64,000 nt of DNA, from the NCBI GenBank assembly GCA_020184695.1, contig JAANOX010000212.1:1-64000 (forward strand). The letters are read 5' to 3'. The position numbers and the translations under genes are program-made. Numbering within the stretch: position 1 is the stretch's first letter; every line of letters starts with the position of its first letter. Below are positions 28,186 to 39,800 of the stretch, one piece after another. Source of the DNA: Histomonas meleagridis 2922-C6/04-290x. Taxonomy: Eukaryota > Protista > Parabasalia. Under the pieces are notes generated by a model. It saw nothing but the letters and a program-made list of their open reading frames with translations, ran no database searches and was not told the origin of the DNA.

Positions 28186-29499
28186 ACGAGCTCCATCAAG
28201 TCTGGTTGGCTAAGTAAGCAAAGCTTATTTTTTAAGACGTGGGAGAAGCGGTGGTTCACGTTAGTTGGCACATGTATTTGTTATAGTAAAAATCCAGGAA
28301 AGAAAGAAAAAGTTTATATCGAATTAAAACACGCATCCTCAGTCGAACTTGCTCCAGAATGCAAGAAGCAGCCCGCGTTTAAAGTTGTTATACCAGGATC
28401 ACGTACTTTTATGCTATTAGCCCCAAGTCAGGCGGAGTGCCAATCCTGGGTAGAAGCGTGCAAAAAATCCCAAAAAGGAATCGAAAACAAAAAAGAAAAG
28501 AAAGGACAGAAATTTCAAGCAGATGGAATCTGTCTTGACGATTTTAATCTTGTTCTAGTCCTTGGAAGAGGCAAATATGGAAAAATACAACTTGTTCAAT
28601 GTAAACGCGATGGCGAATTATATGCGATGAAAGAAATTTATCAAAAATTTCTCGAAACAGAACAAATCGAACAAATAATTACAGAGCGCAATGTGTTACT
28701 TAAGGCGCGGCATCCGTTTTTAGTGGCATTGCATCATACATTCCAAACTCCAAGAAAAATTTATTTGATATTAGAATATGTACCAGGCAAAGAATTGTTT
28801 TCCCATCTAAAAGACGACAGCCGTTTCAGTGAGCAACGTACCGTATTATATGCGGCCGAAATTTTACTTGGCTTAGGTTATCTCCACAAATTAGGATTCA
28901 TATATCGAGACTTATGTTCCGAAAATATTCTCGTTGACAAAGACGGACATCTTAAGATCACTTGTTTTAGTCTTGCGTCATTTTGTTGTTGGTATTCACC
29001 GGAATACATTGCGCCCGAAATGTTACAGCAACAGAAATGCACACGTGCAGTTGATTGGTGGAGTTATGGAACTTTAGTCTATGAGATGCTTACGGGACTT
29101 CCGCCATTCTATGATGAGAATACACAAAAAATGTATCAAATGATATTGAAAGAACATGTTGTATTTCCTTCATATGTTTCGGAAGTTGCAAAAGATTTGA
29201 TTACGAAATTGTTGGATAAAAATCCTGCAACAAGATTAGGAGCATCTGAAGAAGATGTGGAAGAGATCAAGAGACATCCGTTCTTTTCTTCGTTGAATTG
29301 GAATGACGTGTTGGAAAAAAGATACACGCCAGAATGGGTTCCTGAGATAAGAAATGAAACTGATATGGATTACACATCTGATTATGTGTGTTTCCCAGAT
29401 GAACTTGCTGTTACTTTTGAAGATGACACAAATATGCTGGATCAACAGGAATTCGTAGGTTTTACTTGTGGAAATGATGTTATGTTCGATGATATCTAA
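28186..29499 (+). CDS. PH domain + AGC (Akt/PKB-like) kinase, degenerate; PH domain lies in frame upstream of the first ATG (28411)
   Basis: Frame open from 28150; SIKSGWLSKQSLFFKTWEKRWFTL is a PH beta1-beta2 motif; kinase LGRGKYGKI, YAMK, YRDLCSEN, ITCFS, AVDWWSYG, HPFF; C-terminal FVGFT hydrophobic motif. Confidence 0.8.
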   Translation, partial: TSSIKSGWLSKQSLFFKTWEKRWFTLVGTCICYSKNPGKKEKVYIELKHASSVELAPECKKQPAFKVVIPGSRTFMLLAPSQAECQSWVEACKKSQKGIENKKEKKGQKFQADGICLDDFNLVLVLGRGKYGKIQLVQCKRDGELYAMKEIYQKFLETEQIEQIITERNVLLKARHPFLVALHHTFQTPRKIYLILEYVPGKELFSHLKDDSRFSEQRTVLYAAEILLGLGYLHKLGFIYRDLCSENILVDKDGHLKITCFSLASFCCWYSPEYIAPEMLQQQKCTRAVDWWSYGTLVYEMLTGLPPFYDENTQKMYQMILKEHVVFPSYVSEVAKDLITKLLDKNPATRLGASEEDVEEIKRHPFFSSLNWNDVLEKRYTPEWVPEIRNETDMDYTSDYVCFPDELAVTFEDDTNMLDQQEFVGFTCGNDVMFDDI

Positions 29500-30605
29500 A
29501 AAATTTACGAAAAATTTGATTTTTAATTAGCACATCAAAATGACACTTTTTTTGCTAATGTGTTATTGTTTTGTTTTAGAAAATGAATTTTTTATGTGTT
29601 TGTGTAGTGATTTATGTTAGTGCGTTTAAATCACATGGTTTTGTCTTTATTGCAATAAAATTTATATGATGTATTTTCGAATATTTAGGTAGCATAAGAA
29701 ACATCAGATTATGATAAAAATACAAAAACAAAAAATCGCAAGCTATTCATAGAAATTTCAAATATAAAGAAAAAACAAGAAAAAATATAATAGAAAACAA
29801 AAAAACAGATCAAAAAATAATAATTTCCTATCGGCCTTTTTTTTTAATCATCGTTGAAAAAATATTACAAGATTTGAAGAACTTCTTCTTGATTTGATTT
29901 TAAACCACTTGAAGCATATCATTTGGCAACAATAGGGTGTTGTTAAGTATTTCACATTTGTAATTTTTATATCATTAATGACGTAAATCTTTTCTTCCAG
30001 GAGTACTAAAATTAGACATCATTTGTTTTTCTCGATTTATTTAAGCAATTTAAAAAACTTCAAAAGTGAAGTGAAAAAAGAAAAAAAAAAAATGATAAAG
30101 AAATTGATGTTTTCTTTAGTGAAGCTTCAGCTGATCAAGCACTGGCGGCTCCACTCTATGATGGAGATAAGAAGCCTTTTCGAGAAATCCTTGGAGATTA
30201 CAAAAAGAAGAGGAATATCCAAACAAAAAGGAGTAATTCGTAATCCTAATTTGGATTTACAAATATTTTTAAATTTTGAATAAAATAATAATCACGATTT
30301 TTCACAATTCCAATAAGACTTGTTTTTAATTAATAAAGTGAGTGAGAAAAGTTCATTCATTATATGCATCATTTACCTCAAAAAGCACGAAATTATAAGT
30401 TAACCTTATTTTTATGATGAAAATTTGTTTCAAAATAGTTCAGAAAATTGAAATAAAAACAACCCATTAAAATCCGACCGTTAAAATGCATGAAGAGAAT
30501 CAAATTAAAATCTGTGACTATTAATTGAAAAAGTTAATAACGATTCAATTTAGCGGTTTTGGTATGAAGAAAAAAGATAACCGCATTCTGTCAAACCCCA
30601 GCAAA

Positions 30606-32705
30606 ATGAAAAGAGAAATTATTGATAAACTCTTTAATATACAATTAACTGCAGGCTGTGATAAAGTAAAATGTTCGAACGTGTATTGTAAAAACTGTCC
30701 AAAGTTTAAATTTCCAAATTTAACTCACGATGAAATAATTATGAAAGCAAAAGAACTTGCAAATACCCCACATTGCACAAAGTTGATTTGTAAAACCCAT
30801 CCTAAATATCATGTAGATCAAGATTTCAAGCAATATCTTAATTTGTTTAAAGATTGGGTGCAAGTTTTTTTAGATTCCCCAAACAAAAATATTCCAGAAA
30901 TCAAAGAAAAGATTGTAATTATGAGGAAATACCTACCATTTTTATTATTTGAAAATGAAGGTTATTTGTCTATTCATAATCCTTCTCTTAATGATAAACT
31001 CTTTTTTGATTTTGTCAGTAAATTATCATCAATTCCTGAAGTTGCTGAAGACATTCAAAATATGTTACTCAAAAACATCGGAAAAATTGTTTCAAATGAA
31101 CTTGGGACATATTCATCTATTCGTTCATTTATACTTTTATTCTATTTTCCAGCAATGCTTAATGCAGCCGAGCTTGATCGTATGATGAAGCCTATTATGA
31201 GGTATTTATTCTCACCACCACCTGCTGCAAGGCCAATTCTTGTTTCTTGGTTCTCAAAACTGCAAAATGCTCTCAATTCAGCTGTCGGTTTCTGTCAATT
31301 TAACATATCGACATATTTTGCAAATCACATTTCAGTTGACCCACATAACCAAACAGTTTATAACTTAGTTATAGGTCTTGGTCTACTTTTCGAAGCTAAT
31401 CAAAACTCAATTTTCCACTTATCTTCACAAATTTTTTACAGTTATCATATAAACTCAAGAATTGATCCATCAAATGAAATCTCAAAATTATCAAAATCTT
31501 TCACAAGATTTCCATACGTGATATCACTCCAAAACAAGGCAAAGATTTGTCAAATCGAATCAGAAACATTAATGATGACAATGCTTTTATCTTCGGTCGT
31601 TAAGGGTTTCATCCGTTCTTTTGTCACAGACAATGTTAACATTGAGCCATTCTTTGAGGTGAACATTAGGAGAGACCATTTAATTGAAGATGCAACTCGT
31701 CAACTTATTGGTCAAAAAAAGACAAAATACTTGAAAAAATTGACAGTTGTTTTCGATGGGGAAGCAGCTGTTGATGCTGGTGGTCCATCTCGTGAATTCT
31801 TGTATTTGATATCAGAACAACTTTTTTCACCTGACTATGGTATGTTTAAAGTTGTCGAAGACCGCTATCTTTGGTTTACTATGGGAACTTATGAAAGTAA
31901 TAGATCATTTATTCTTGTTGGAATAATTATTGGTCTTGCCATCTATAACTCTATTGTCTTGCCAATTCGATTTCCATATGTTCTTTTCAAGAAGATTCTC
32001 AATCCTACTCAAAAACTTAATCTAAATGATTTAAGTCAAATTGATTCTTCTCTTGCGAAGTCATTAATGGACCTTCAAGAGATGAAAGAAAGAGGAGATG
32101 ACATTTCTGACTTGTGCCTTACATTCCAAGTTACATATGATGTTTTTGGAGAAAGAGTTACGAAACCATTAATTGAAGGAATGGAAGATCAAGAGGTCAA
32201 CAACGAGAATGTTGACCAATACATTGATGCATATATTGACTTTATGTTAGTTAAGTCGATTGACACACAATTCCAAGGTTTTGTTAAAGGCTTTAAGAAA
32301 CCTTGTCGAACGAATGCGTACTCGTTGCTTGACCCGTCTGAAATGGATATCCTTTTAAGTGGTGAGGAAGTTCTTGATTGGGGCGGCCTTAAACGGAGCG
32401 CCGAATATTCCGACGGTTATGACGCAAATTCACAGGCGGTTAAGTGGTTTTGGGAGGTTTTCAATACGTTTAATAATGACGAGAAGAAGCAATTCCTCAA
32501 ATTTTCGACTGGTACTGATAGAGCGCCATTTGGTGGGTTAGAAAATGTTCATATTACATTTCAACGATCTGCAGATACAAACGCTCTTCCAGTTTCACAT
32601 ACATGTTTTAACATCTTCACTCTTCCCGATTATCCATCGAAAGAAATCCTTGAACGAAACGTCAAAATCGCAATCAAGTACACAGAAGGATTTGGTTTTG
32701 TCTAA
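30606..32705 (+). CDS. HECT E3 ubiquitin ligase with N-terminal AZUL-like Zn finger (UBE3A/E6AP-like); ORF track starts at TTG 30525
   Basis: QLTAGCDKVKCSNVYCKNCPKF (AZUL-like); FDGEAAVDAGGPSREF; catalytic LPVSHTCFN intact. Confidence 0.9.
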   Translation: MKREIIDKLFNIQLTAGCDKVKCSNVYCKNCPKFKFPNLTHDEIIMKAKELANTPHCTKLICKTHPKYHVDQDFKQYLNLFKDWVQVFLDSPNKNIPEIKEKIVIMRKYLPFLLFENEGYLSIHNPSLNDKLFFDFVSKLSSIPEVAEDIQNMLLKNIGKIVSNELGTYSSIRSFILLFYFPAMLNAAELDRMMKPIMRYLFSPPPAARPILVSWFSKLQNALNSAVGFCQFNISTYFANHISVDPHNQTVYNLVIGLGLLFEANQNSIFHLSSQIFYSYHINSRIDPSNEISKLSKSFTRFPYVISLQNKAKICQIESETLMMTMLLSSVVKGFIRSFVTDNVNIEPFFEVNIRRDHLIEDATRQLIGQKKTKYLKKLTVVFDGEAAVDAGGPSREFLYLISEQLFSPDYGMFKVVEDRYLWFTMGTYESNRSFILVGIIIGLAIYNSIVLPIRFPYVLFKKILNPTQKLNLNDLSQIDSSLAKSLMDLQEMKERGDDISDLCLTFQVTYDVFGERVTKPLIEGMEDQEVNNENVDQYIDAYIDFMLVKSIDTQFQGFVKGFKKPCRTNAYSLLDPSEMDILLSGEEVLDWGGLKRSAEYSDGYDANSQAVKWFWEVFNTFNNDEKKQFLKFSTGTDRAPFGGLENVHITFQRSADTNALPVSHTCFNIFTLPDYPSKEILERNVKIAIKYTEGFGFV

Positions 32706-32767
32706 TTTTATAAATAATCTAAAAATACAAATAAAGCAGTTTGAATTTATTCATAATAAAATCCAAT

Positions 32768-33691
32768 CTATGGAGCACCGGCTATCTTATCTAACTCTTG
32801 TATCATATTTTGAACCATATTAACAAGTCCCATGTCAGGTTCCAAATTGCAAAGTTCAAGCTCGTCGTCGTTGTCATCATCAGCTTCCATCCATGGGTGC
32901 TGAAGGATGTCGTCGGCAGTTGGTCTTTCATTTGGATCAACATTCAACATATTAAATAATAGATTTTCTAATTCAAAACTAATGCCTTCAGGAAGTATTA
33001 TGCTACCACTGATGATTTGACGAGCTGTTTCGTGAACAATTCTCTCTGGTGGTAAACTTTCATCTGATGCCCATGGAAAATGATTTGCAACCATCGCATA
33101 TAAAACTATACCGGCAGACCAAATGTCGGCTTTCATTCCGTCGTATGGTTCTTCTTTGATAATTTCTGGTGCAGCATATACTAAAGTTCCGCATGTGGTC
33201 AAAAGTAATGATCCTGGATTTTGTTGTTTGCATAAACCGAAATCAGTTAACTTAGCATGACCATTTGAAGTGACTAATATGTTTTCAAGCTTTATATCAC
33301 GATGAGCAATGCCTAATTGATGAATATATGAGATGGCACTCATTATCTGTTTAAAATAGTGTCGTGCTTGGTTCTCAGGTAAACCACCTGCTGACATTAC
33401 AGCATCGTTCAAATCACCTCCATCACATAACTCTATAAAGATATAAATATTTTCTTTGTCGACAATGACATCCAGAAGCTGTGTTATGCTAGGATGTCTA
33501 ATTTGGCTGTGAATAATAAGTTCTTTTTTGAAATGAGAAAGGAATTCTGGATTTTTGCAATTTTCTATGTCGACAATTTTGCATGCGACCAATTCTCCTG
33601 TGGTTATGCTTTTGCATTCCCAAACGCCACCAAATGTTCCTGAGTTTAAGAATCTAATGAATTTGTAGGCACCAATCGATTGGATGGACAT
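32768..33691 (-). CDS. CAMK-group (SNF1/CIPK-like) Ser/Thr kinase
   Basis: LNSGTFGGV, VACK, HRDIKLEN, DFG, TTCGTLVYAAPE, DIWSAG all present. Confidence 0.92.
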   Translation of the reverse strand: MSIQSIGAYKFIRFLNSGTFGGVWECKSITTGELVACKIVDIENCKNPEFLSHFKKELIIHSQIRHPSITQLLDVIVDKENIYIFIELCDGGDLNDAVMSAGGLPENQARHYFKQIMSAISYIHQLGIAHRDIKLENILVTSNGHAKLTDFGLCKQQNPGSLLLTTCGTLVYAAPEIIKEEPYDGMKADIWSAGIVLYAMVANHFPWASDESLPPERIVHETARQIISGSIILPEGISFELENLLFNMLNVDPNERPTADDILQHPWMEADDDNDDELELCNLEPDMGLVNMVQNMIQELDKIAGAP

Positions 33692-34883
33692 GCTTGTAGT
33701 GATTTGTCACTTTTTATAAAAGTTAATAGTAGTGATTTGACTAGCTTAGTTCGAATCTAACAAAAACCTATGGGTTATGATCGTTTTTTATTCAATTGAA
33801 AATATAAGGATTTCTTATGTCGGAAAATCATTATTGGGTATACTAAGAAAATAACATGAAACAACATTATGTTTTTATTTAGAGGATTAGCAAAGATTCA
33901 ATATATTGATTTATTGAGTACTAAAAATAGTATTGTGAAGAGTTAGATAAAAATGATTTCATAAGGAAAGTTCATTTCTTATAAATATTTTATATAAGAT
34001 ATATATAATATTTCTTATGTGTTTAAATCGTTTAAATATGCACTTAATGGAAACTATATTGGAAATATAGAGATATTTTTATTTTAATTTGAATGGTAAG
34101 TAAACTGCACAAAAAAATTTATGACATAAATAATTGAATTCAATTTGATCTAAAATTGTATAAAACCGCAAATAAATTGAATACAAAATTTGGTATTGAA
34201 ACCAAATGACCGTTTGGAAAAATTAGGCCTCTTTGCTTTTGTGCAAAAAAGATAGCTGTCACAGATTCTTTGGAGTTAATAAATCACCTGCAATGCTGTA
34301 AATAAATCACCAGTTAAAATTTGAGATGAAAATTATAAATTTAAATAAAAAAGATTTTTTCATTTCGAGTTAAATATTTGATTTACTTCCTACGATGGCA
34401 TAAAATAAAGATTCTTGAACAAATCTTAGTCATTACAACAATAAAATTTGTTGTAAAAATTTTGATATTGAATTCACTTATGCATTAAAATTTTTATGAA
34501 TGCATATTATTTATTAAATAATATAAAGCATACCTTTAAGAGACAACATTTAACAAGATGCTTCTAGATTAATTTGTCAAAATATAAGAAATAACATATA
34601 AAAATATTAAAATGTGGGGAACTTACTCATTGTCTGTAATTTGATCTCAAATATATTATATAATGCTGTAGGAGAAAATAAAATCAAAATCCATTAATTG
34701 AAAAATTTTTCAAACAATTCGAAAAACAATCTAACAAACAATTAAACAAGGAAACAAATTCCTTTTTAAATAATCATTAATGATTATCAATGCATTGCAT
34801 AAACACGTTGTTTTCTTGGATAAGACATTATGTATTTTTTTTGAGTGTCTTTGTTCGAACAAAGCTTGTCATTTATTTTGTCA

Positions 34884-35408
34884 ATGACATTCAAGCTCCC
34901 TGACAAATCAACAAAGATCCCAAAGTCAACTTTTGCTCTTTTGTTTGGTGAAGTGGTTCAATATTGTCATCAGAAAGTTGATTCTTTGGATCAATTTGCA
35001 AAACAACTTCAAGCAATGGGATATCCAATTGGATGCACAGTTCTTGAAGTTCTTTCGCAAGGATCACAGTCCCTCAAAAGGCCAGCAAAGGAAGTTCCAA
35101 TGCTCATTCTAATAAAAGAAAAAATATGGCCATTCTTATTTGGCAACCAAGCAAATGATCTCGAACAACAACTTGATGATCCAAACTGTTACATGATATA
35201 CGATGAAAAGCCAATGGTTGTTCAATTCATTTCACATCCTCAAGATATTAAGAATCATTTTAGTTGTTGTTCTTTTGTCGCAGGAATTATCGAAGGAATT
35301 CTTTGCTCAGCAGGCTTTGCTTGCCAGGTGTCAACGCATCCTAGCCCTGCACCTAACGCTCCTGACAAAGTCATTTATCTTGTGAAATTTGTTGGATCAA
35401 GGCAGTGA
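34884..35408 (+). CDS. TRAPPC5: TRAPP complex subunit Trs31/TRAPPC5 (Bet3 family); ATG at 34884 rather than GTG 34845
   Basis: STFALLFGEVVQYC, LQAMGYPIG, IWPFLFG, CCSFVAGIIEGILCSAGF; Inr-like TCATT ~15 nt before the ATG. Confidence 0.85.
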   Translation: MTFKLPDKSTKIPKSTFALLFGEVVQYCHQKVDSLDQFAKQLQAMGYPIGCTVLEVLSQGSQSLKRPAKEVPMLILIKEKIWPFLFGNQANDLEQQLDDPNCYMIYDEKPMVVQFISHPQDIKNHFSCCSFVAGIIEGILCSAGFACQVSTHPSPAPNAPDKVIYLVKFVGSRQ

Positions 35409-35791
35409 TACTCAAACAAACATAGTCAATTTTAAATGAATAAACGATGGCTCCAACTCCGAAATCTTTTTGAAGGTTCTCATTCTAGCTATAATGGTTC
35501 AAATGGAACTTGCCATTCTTATGTATCGTAACCATGTCTATTCTTCATATGAATTCGAAATGTTTCTGAAAAATTAATTATTTAATTAACAATAAATTTA
35601 ACAAATACTATTTTATAATAAGTGCCTTTAGCATTGGAGACTATTTTGTTAAAGAAAGATAGAAGCAATTTTATCAGGAAAAAAGAGATTCATCTCACTT
35701 TTATCTGCCCAGAAATTTTGGCGCCGAAAAAATTAGAAGCCGTTTTTTTTAACAAGCTTTGTTCAAATAGACATTCAGAACCGGGGTTTAA

Positions 35792-36700
35792 ATGTACGAG
35801 CTCTTATCTAATCACGAACCACATTTTATATTTCTATCAAACAGTGGATACATTCAGTTTATGTCTGGCGTATTTTTTGCATTTCTGATCCTTCTAATGC
35901 TTTCAGTGAAAAAGAAACAATTTCATTTTATCTGGTTTTTCATAGGACCATTAATATCAGGTATCATATTCAACAGTTTACCAAATGCAGTAAGTGCTCC
36001 GCTTCGTTTAATCATACAGTTCCTTGATTTTCCCATTTGTGTTTTAGAAGCCGTTTTATATGTTCAGCTTGTTGCATCAGTTTCTCGTTTTCTCCTTCAG
36101 AAATTTTCTCCAAATCCGAAGAAAACTATCCCTGAAAGGTCATTATTATTTATAATTGTAAATTCAATAATATCAGTAATATGTTTAACAGCGGGAATCG
36201 TTTTTCTTCTTTATGGATTTGACAAAAGGCTTATAAGGAAGTCACATGGAGCTGCTTTTGCAGGCTTAATCGGAAGTTTTATTCTTACAATAACAGCAGA
36301 TAATGGTATTATTTCTGATCCATGCTTCATATTTCTAAGAGTTTCTTTATCACTTTCTCCAATCACTTCAGCTTCTGCTGGATTTTTAACAGTGATTCTT
36401 CGATTGTTTTTGGTAATCTCATCATTTATATCTATTAAATTTAATTATGGAGAAGAGAAGAAATTGTTGAAAAAATCGAAGAATTCTATCATCGAAACTG
36501 TTTATTATATTACTCAGAGTGTTACATCAAAAAGATCTGGAACAGCATTAGTTTGCTTACTTGTTTCATTTGTCTTCCTTTCACAAGATGCTTTTATACG
36601 TCCCACTCCACGCATTTGTGATTGGCAGTCAATACTTTGTCCGGCTGTATACATATTCTTTTTCTATTTCGAGATCTATAATTTTCAGAGTTCTTTATGA
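35792..36700 (+). CDS. Multi-pass membrane protein, ICE2/SERINC-superfamily-like
   Basis: About 8 hydrophobic segments; FLDFPICVLEAVLYVQLVASVSRFL resembles my recollection of the ICE2 conserved block. Confidence 0.4.
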   Translation: MYELLSNHEPHFIFLSNSGYIQFMSGVFFAFLILLMLSVKKKQFHFIWFFIGPLISGIIFNSLPNAVSAPLRLIIQFLDFPICVLEAVLYVQLVASVSRFLLQKFSPNPKKTIPERSLLFIIVNSIISVICLTAGIVFLLYGFDKRLIRKSHGAAFAGLIGSFILTITADNGIISDPCFIFLRVSLSLSPITSASAGFLTVILRLFLVISSFISIKFNYGEEKKLLKKSKNSIIETVYYITQSVTSKRSGTALVCLLVSFVFLSQDAFIRPTPRICDWQSILCPAVYIFFFYFEIYNFQSSL

Positions 36701-36834
36701 ATAAAAGTTTATTTTTTTTTACTTAAAGCTTTAATCTGAGCTGTTTATTATTAATTAGGCTTAATGCTTCGAGAAGAGGAAAAAAGCCCATAAATTAGGG
36801 CACCCCGAACGTATAAAAGTACCTTCTAAAGCAA

Positions 36835-39800
36835 ATGGAAAAAAGCAGAGGAATGATTCGGACAAATAATATAAATTTCAATTCTCTTAAGGATGAATAT
36901 GGATCAGATTACGATTTTGAATACTCAGAAGGCGAAACATCGGAAGATCTAAGTTTAAATTTGAATTCAAGACATACTTTTTTTCGAACAATTGAACAGC
37001 ATTTAAATTCCATTGATCCAAATGTTCCAAATAATAGTACTATATCAAATCTTTGTGATTATGATGAAGAAGATTTTGCAATAGATAGAAAAAATCGCCC
37101 TTTTATTCCTCGAAAAGAAGTCAGAGTACTACCAATTGATCATGCGATTATTATGGTTTTTAGTTATTCACAATTAACTTTTCCAAAATCAGAATATAAT
37201 CACACATTTCCACCAAATATTCATTGGATCAATCCAAAAAATACGCCTCTTAATGATTTAGTTTCAAATGTACAATATTCGTATCATTTATTATATCAAA
37301 AACTTCGGACTCAACTTAGTTTTCAACACATTGCAGCACCTTCAGCAGATAAACTTAATCAACTTAAAAACATTCGTCGAGATAAATCAATTTCACGAGT
37401 TTTATTTCATTATGTAGGATATGGTTATCCAATTACAGAGGATGGAAACATTTATTCGTATAATCCTTTATCAAACTCATTTTTGGGGTACCCCATACAG
37501 AGCTTATTCAAAACTATTGGGACACCCCTATTTTTTATATTTGATTGTGATAAAGCTGGATCTTTGCTTCAACCATTAATTTCATGTGCTAATGAATTAT
37601 TAGGAACAGAAAAACCAAAAAATACAAAAGGAATTGTGATGAAAACAGATTGGGAAGATTGGTTTGCATTTTTTTCAACAGGTGTTAATGAATTTTTACC
37701 TGAGGATTCACATTTGCCTCGCGACTTCCTTACATCCTGTTTGTTAACACCCATTCAAATTTCAATTGTTTGTCATATTCTAAGATATTATTCAACTTCA
37801 TTTAAAGAACCTGATTTTCCATTAGCTTATCTTGAAAAAGCATGTAATAATGAGGAAGTTGATCGTTTATCTATATTACTTGATTCTATTATAGATGCAA
37901 TTGCTTCGGACTATCTTAAACCTAAATTATTTTCTCAACTTTTTCGGAAGGACCGACTTATTTCTATTTTGTTACGTCGATTTATTCTTGCCAAATATCT
38001 TTTAAACTTTTATAATGTTCATCCAATGTCTTATCCACAAATTCCTGACATGCATCATCATTCCTTATGGATTCAATGGGAACATACACTAGATCTTTGG
38101 GTTACAACCAATTTAATTCCACCACCGACTTATATTGATGATTTTTATTTAAACATCATTCAAACCTTTTCTACATCTTTTCAATTACAATGTCCAATCC
38201 GTCAATCCCTTCTTACGTTAATGTGTTTTGCACCATTTTCTGGGGGTAAAACATGTAATCAAGCATTAAATTCACTTTCCCAATTTTCATCTGCGACCGC
38301 CGAAAACCGCGTTTCCATATCACATGTCGTTGTCTTTCATTCATTTGTTGCCAAATTATTAACCAAAGATATTACACCTGAAGAATATCATAACTTAGCT
38401 TATTTAGTTCTTACGTTAATTGAAATGGACTTAAACATTGTATTTGAAATTCGGAAAGAATTAAATTTTGAATCATTAATTGATTATTTATTTGATGACA
38501 CGCAAAATTCCATAACACGTTCATTCATTGCAGCGATATTATCATCAATAATGATCAGTATGAAGACCGTCAAAATCTTATGTCAACGAAAAGAATTTTT
38601 AATTAAACTCAAAAACGAAATACCAAAAGCGTCATCACAACTATTGTTATGGTTGTTATTATTATTAAAGCGTACTTATGATATTATACCCATTGATATC
38701 ATACATTATTATAATGAGTCATTACATATTCAAATTGCGTCATGTGTATTTCATAATTCTTATGAATGTCGAGCTGCTGCAATTAATGCGTTAACAAGTT
38801 TTATACAGAATGAAGATAACCAAGTTAATTATTATATATTATTATTAACTATTCCATGCATTTATGATATTTCTTATATAGTTCGATATCAATTATTATT
38901 ATTAATTATTAAATTCATATCAACACATTTAGATAATATTAATTCGGTGAAAATCGAAGAAAATACAAATGAAATTAAATCATTTTCGGAATTTTTACAA
39001 AAATGTTATTTAAATAAATTCCAAATAAATTTCGTTACATATTTAAAAATAGTTGATGAAACTATAAACAATGAAAACTTCAAAGATATGTTTCCTAAAA
39101 TTATATATTATTTATTGGATTATTTCTCTCATGATCCACATCCGTCAATTAAAATCGCGGCAATTAAACCACAATCAATGTTTAGGAAGTTAATGGAAGA
39201 TTCGAAAACATTTATTAATAATATGTTCCATTCATCATTAACACCGCCGACTTTCTTAAGTTATAGTAGTAATTCACCATCGTTTAATAACGACGCAGTA
39301 TTTTTAGATGAAGAAAACTCATCAACAGATGAAAGTTATAATAACAACAATACATTTAATAATTATTTCGATAATGACTTTGATACATTATATAATATAT
39401 CATTACGACAATTAGTTCGGAGTAAACAAATCAACATCAAAAATAATAATAATAACAATAATAAAACGAATACAAATAAAATTATTAATAACAATAAAAA
39501 AGTGTTAATTCCACAAATACAATTAAGAGCTATTACTAATATTAATAACATTAATAATAATCAACAACAAAACATTACAAATATAATAATATGTAATGAA
39601 ACTTCATCGATAATAATTTCCACTAAAAACAAATGGATACATTCATATGACGAAAGTTTAAAGCCAATCAGTAAAATACGTCCGAGTGATTATGACGTCA
39701 GTGACTTACAAATCATTAAGTTAAATGGGCGTAACTTAGTATTAATATGTACAATGGACGGATGTATCCATTTATGGGATTATAAGACTAAAGAATGTAA

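Noticed and set aside
32241-32252. Minus-strand ACTAACATAAAG intron 3'-like motif
   Set aside because: Antisense within the uninterrupted HECT ORF, with no gene on that strand
33745-33761. TTAG-TTCGAAT-CTAA tRNA T-arm/B-box-like hairpin
   Set aside because: No acceptor stem, D-arm or A-box; no cloverleaf can be built
35622-35888. 88-aa ORF overlapping the start of the membrane-protein gene
   Set aside because: Starts at GTG, spans promoter-like DNA and has no motifs; probably spurious, though a 5' frameshift in the membrane gene is not excluded
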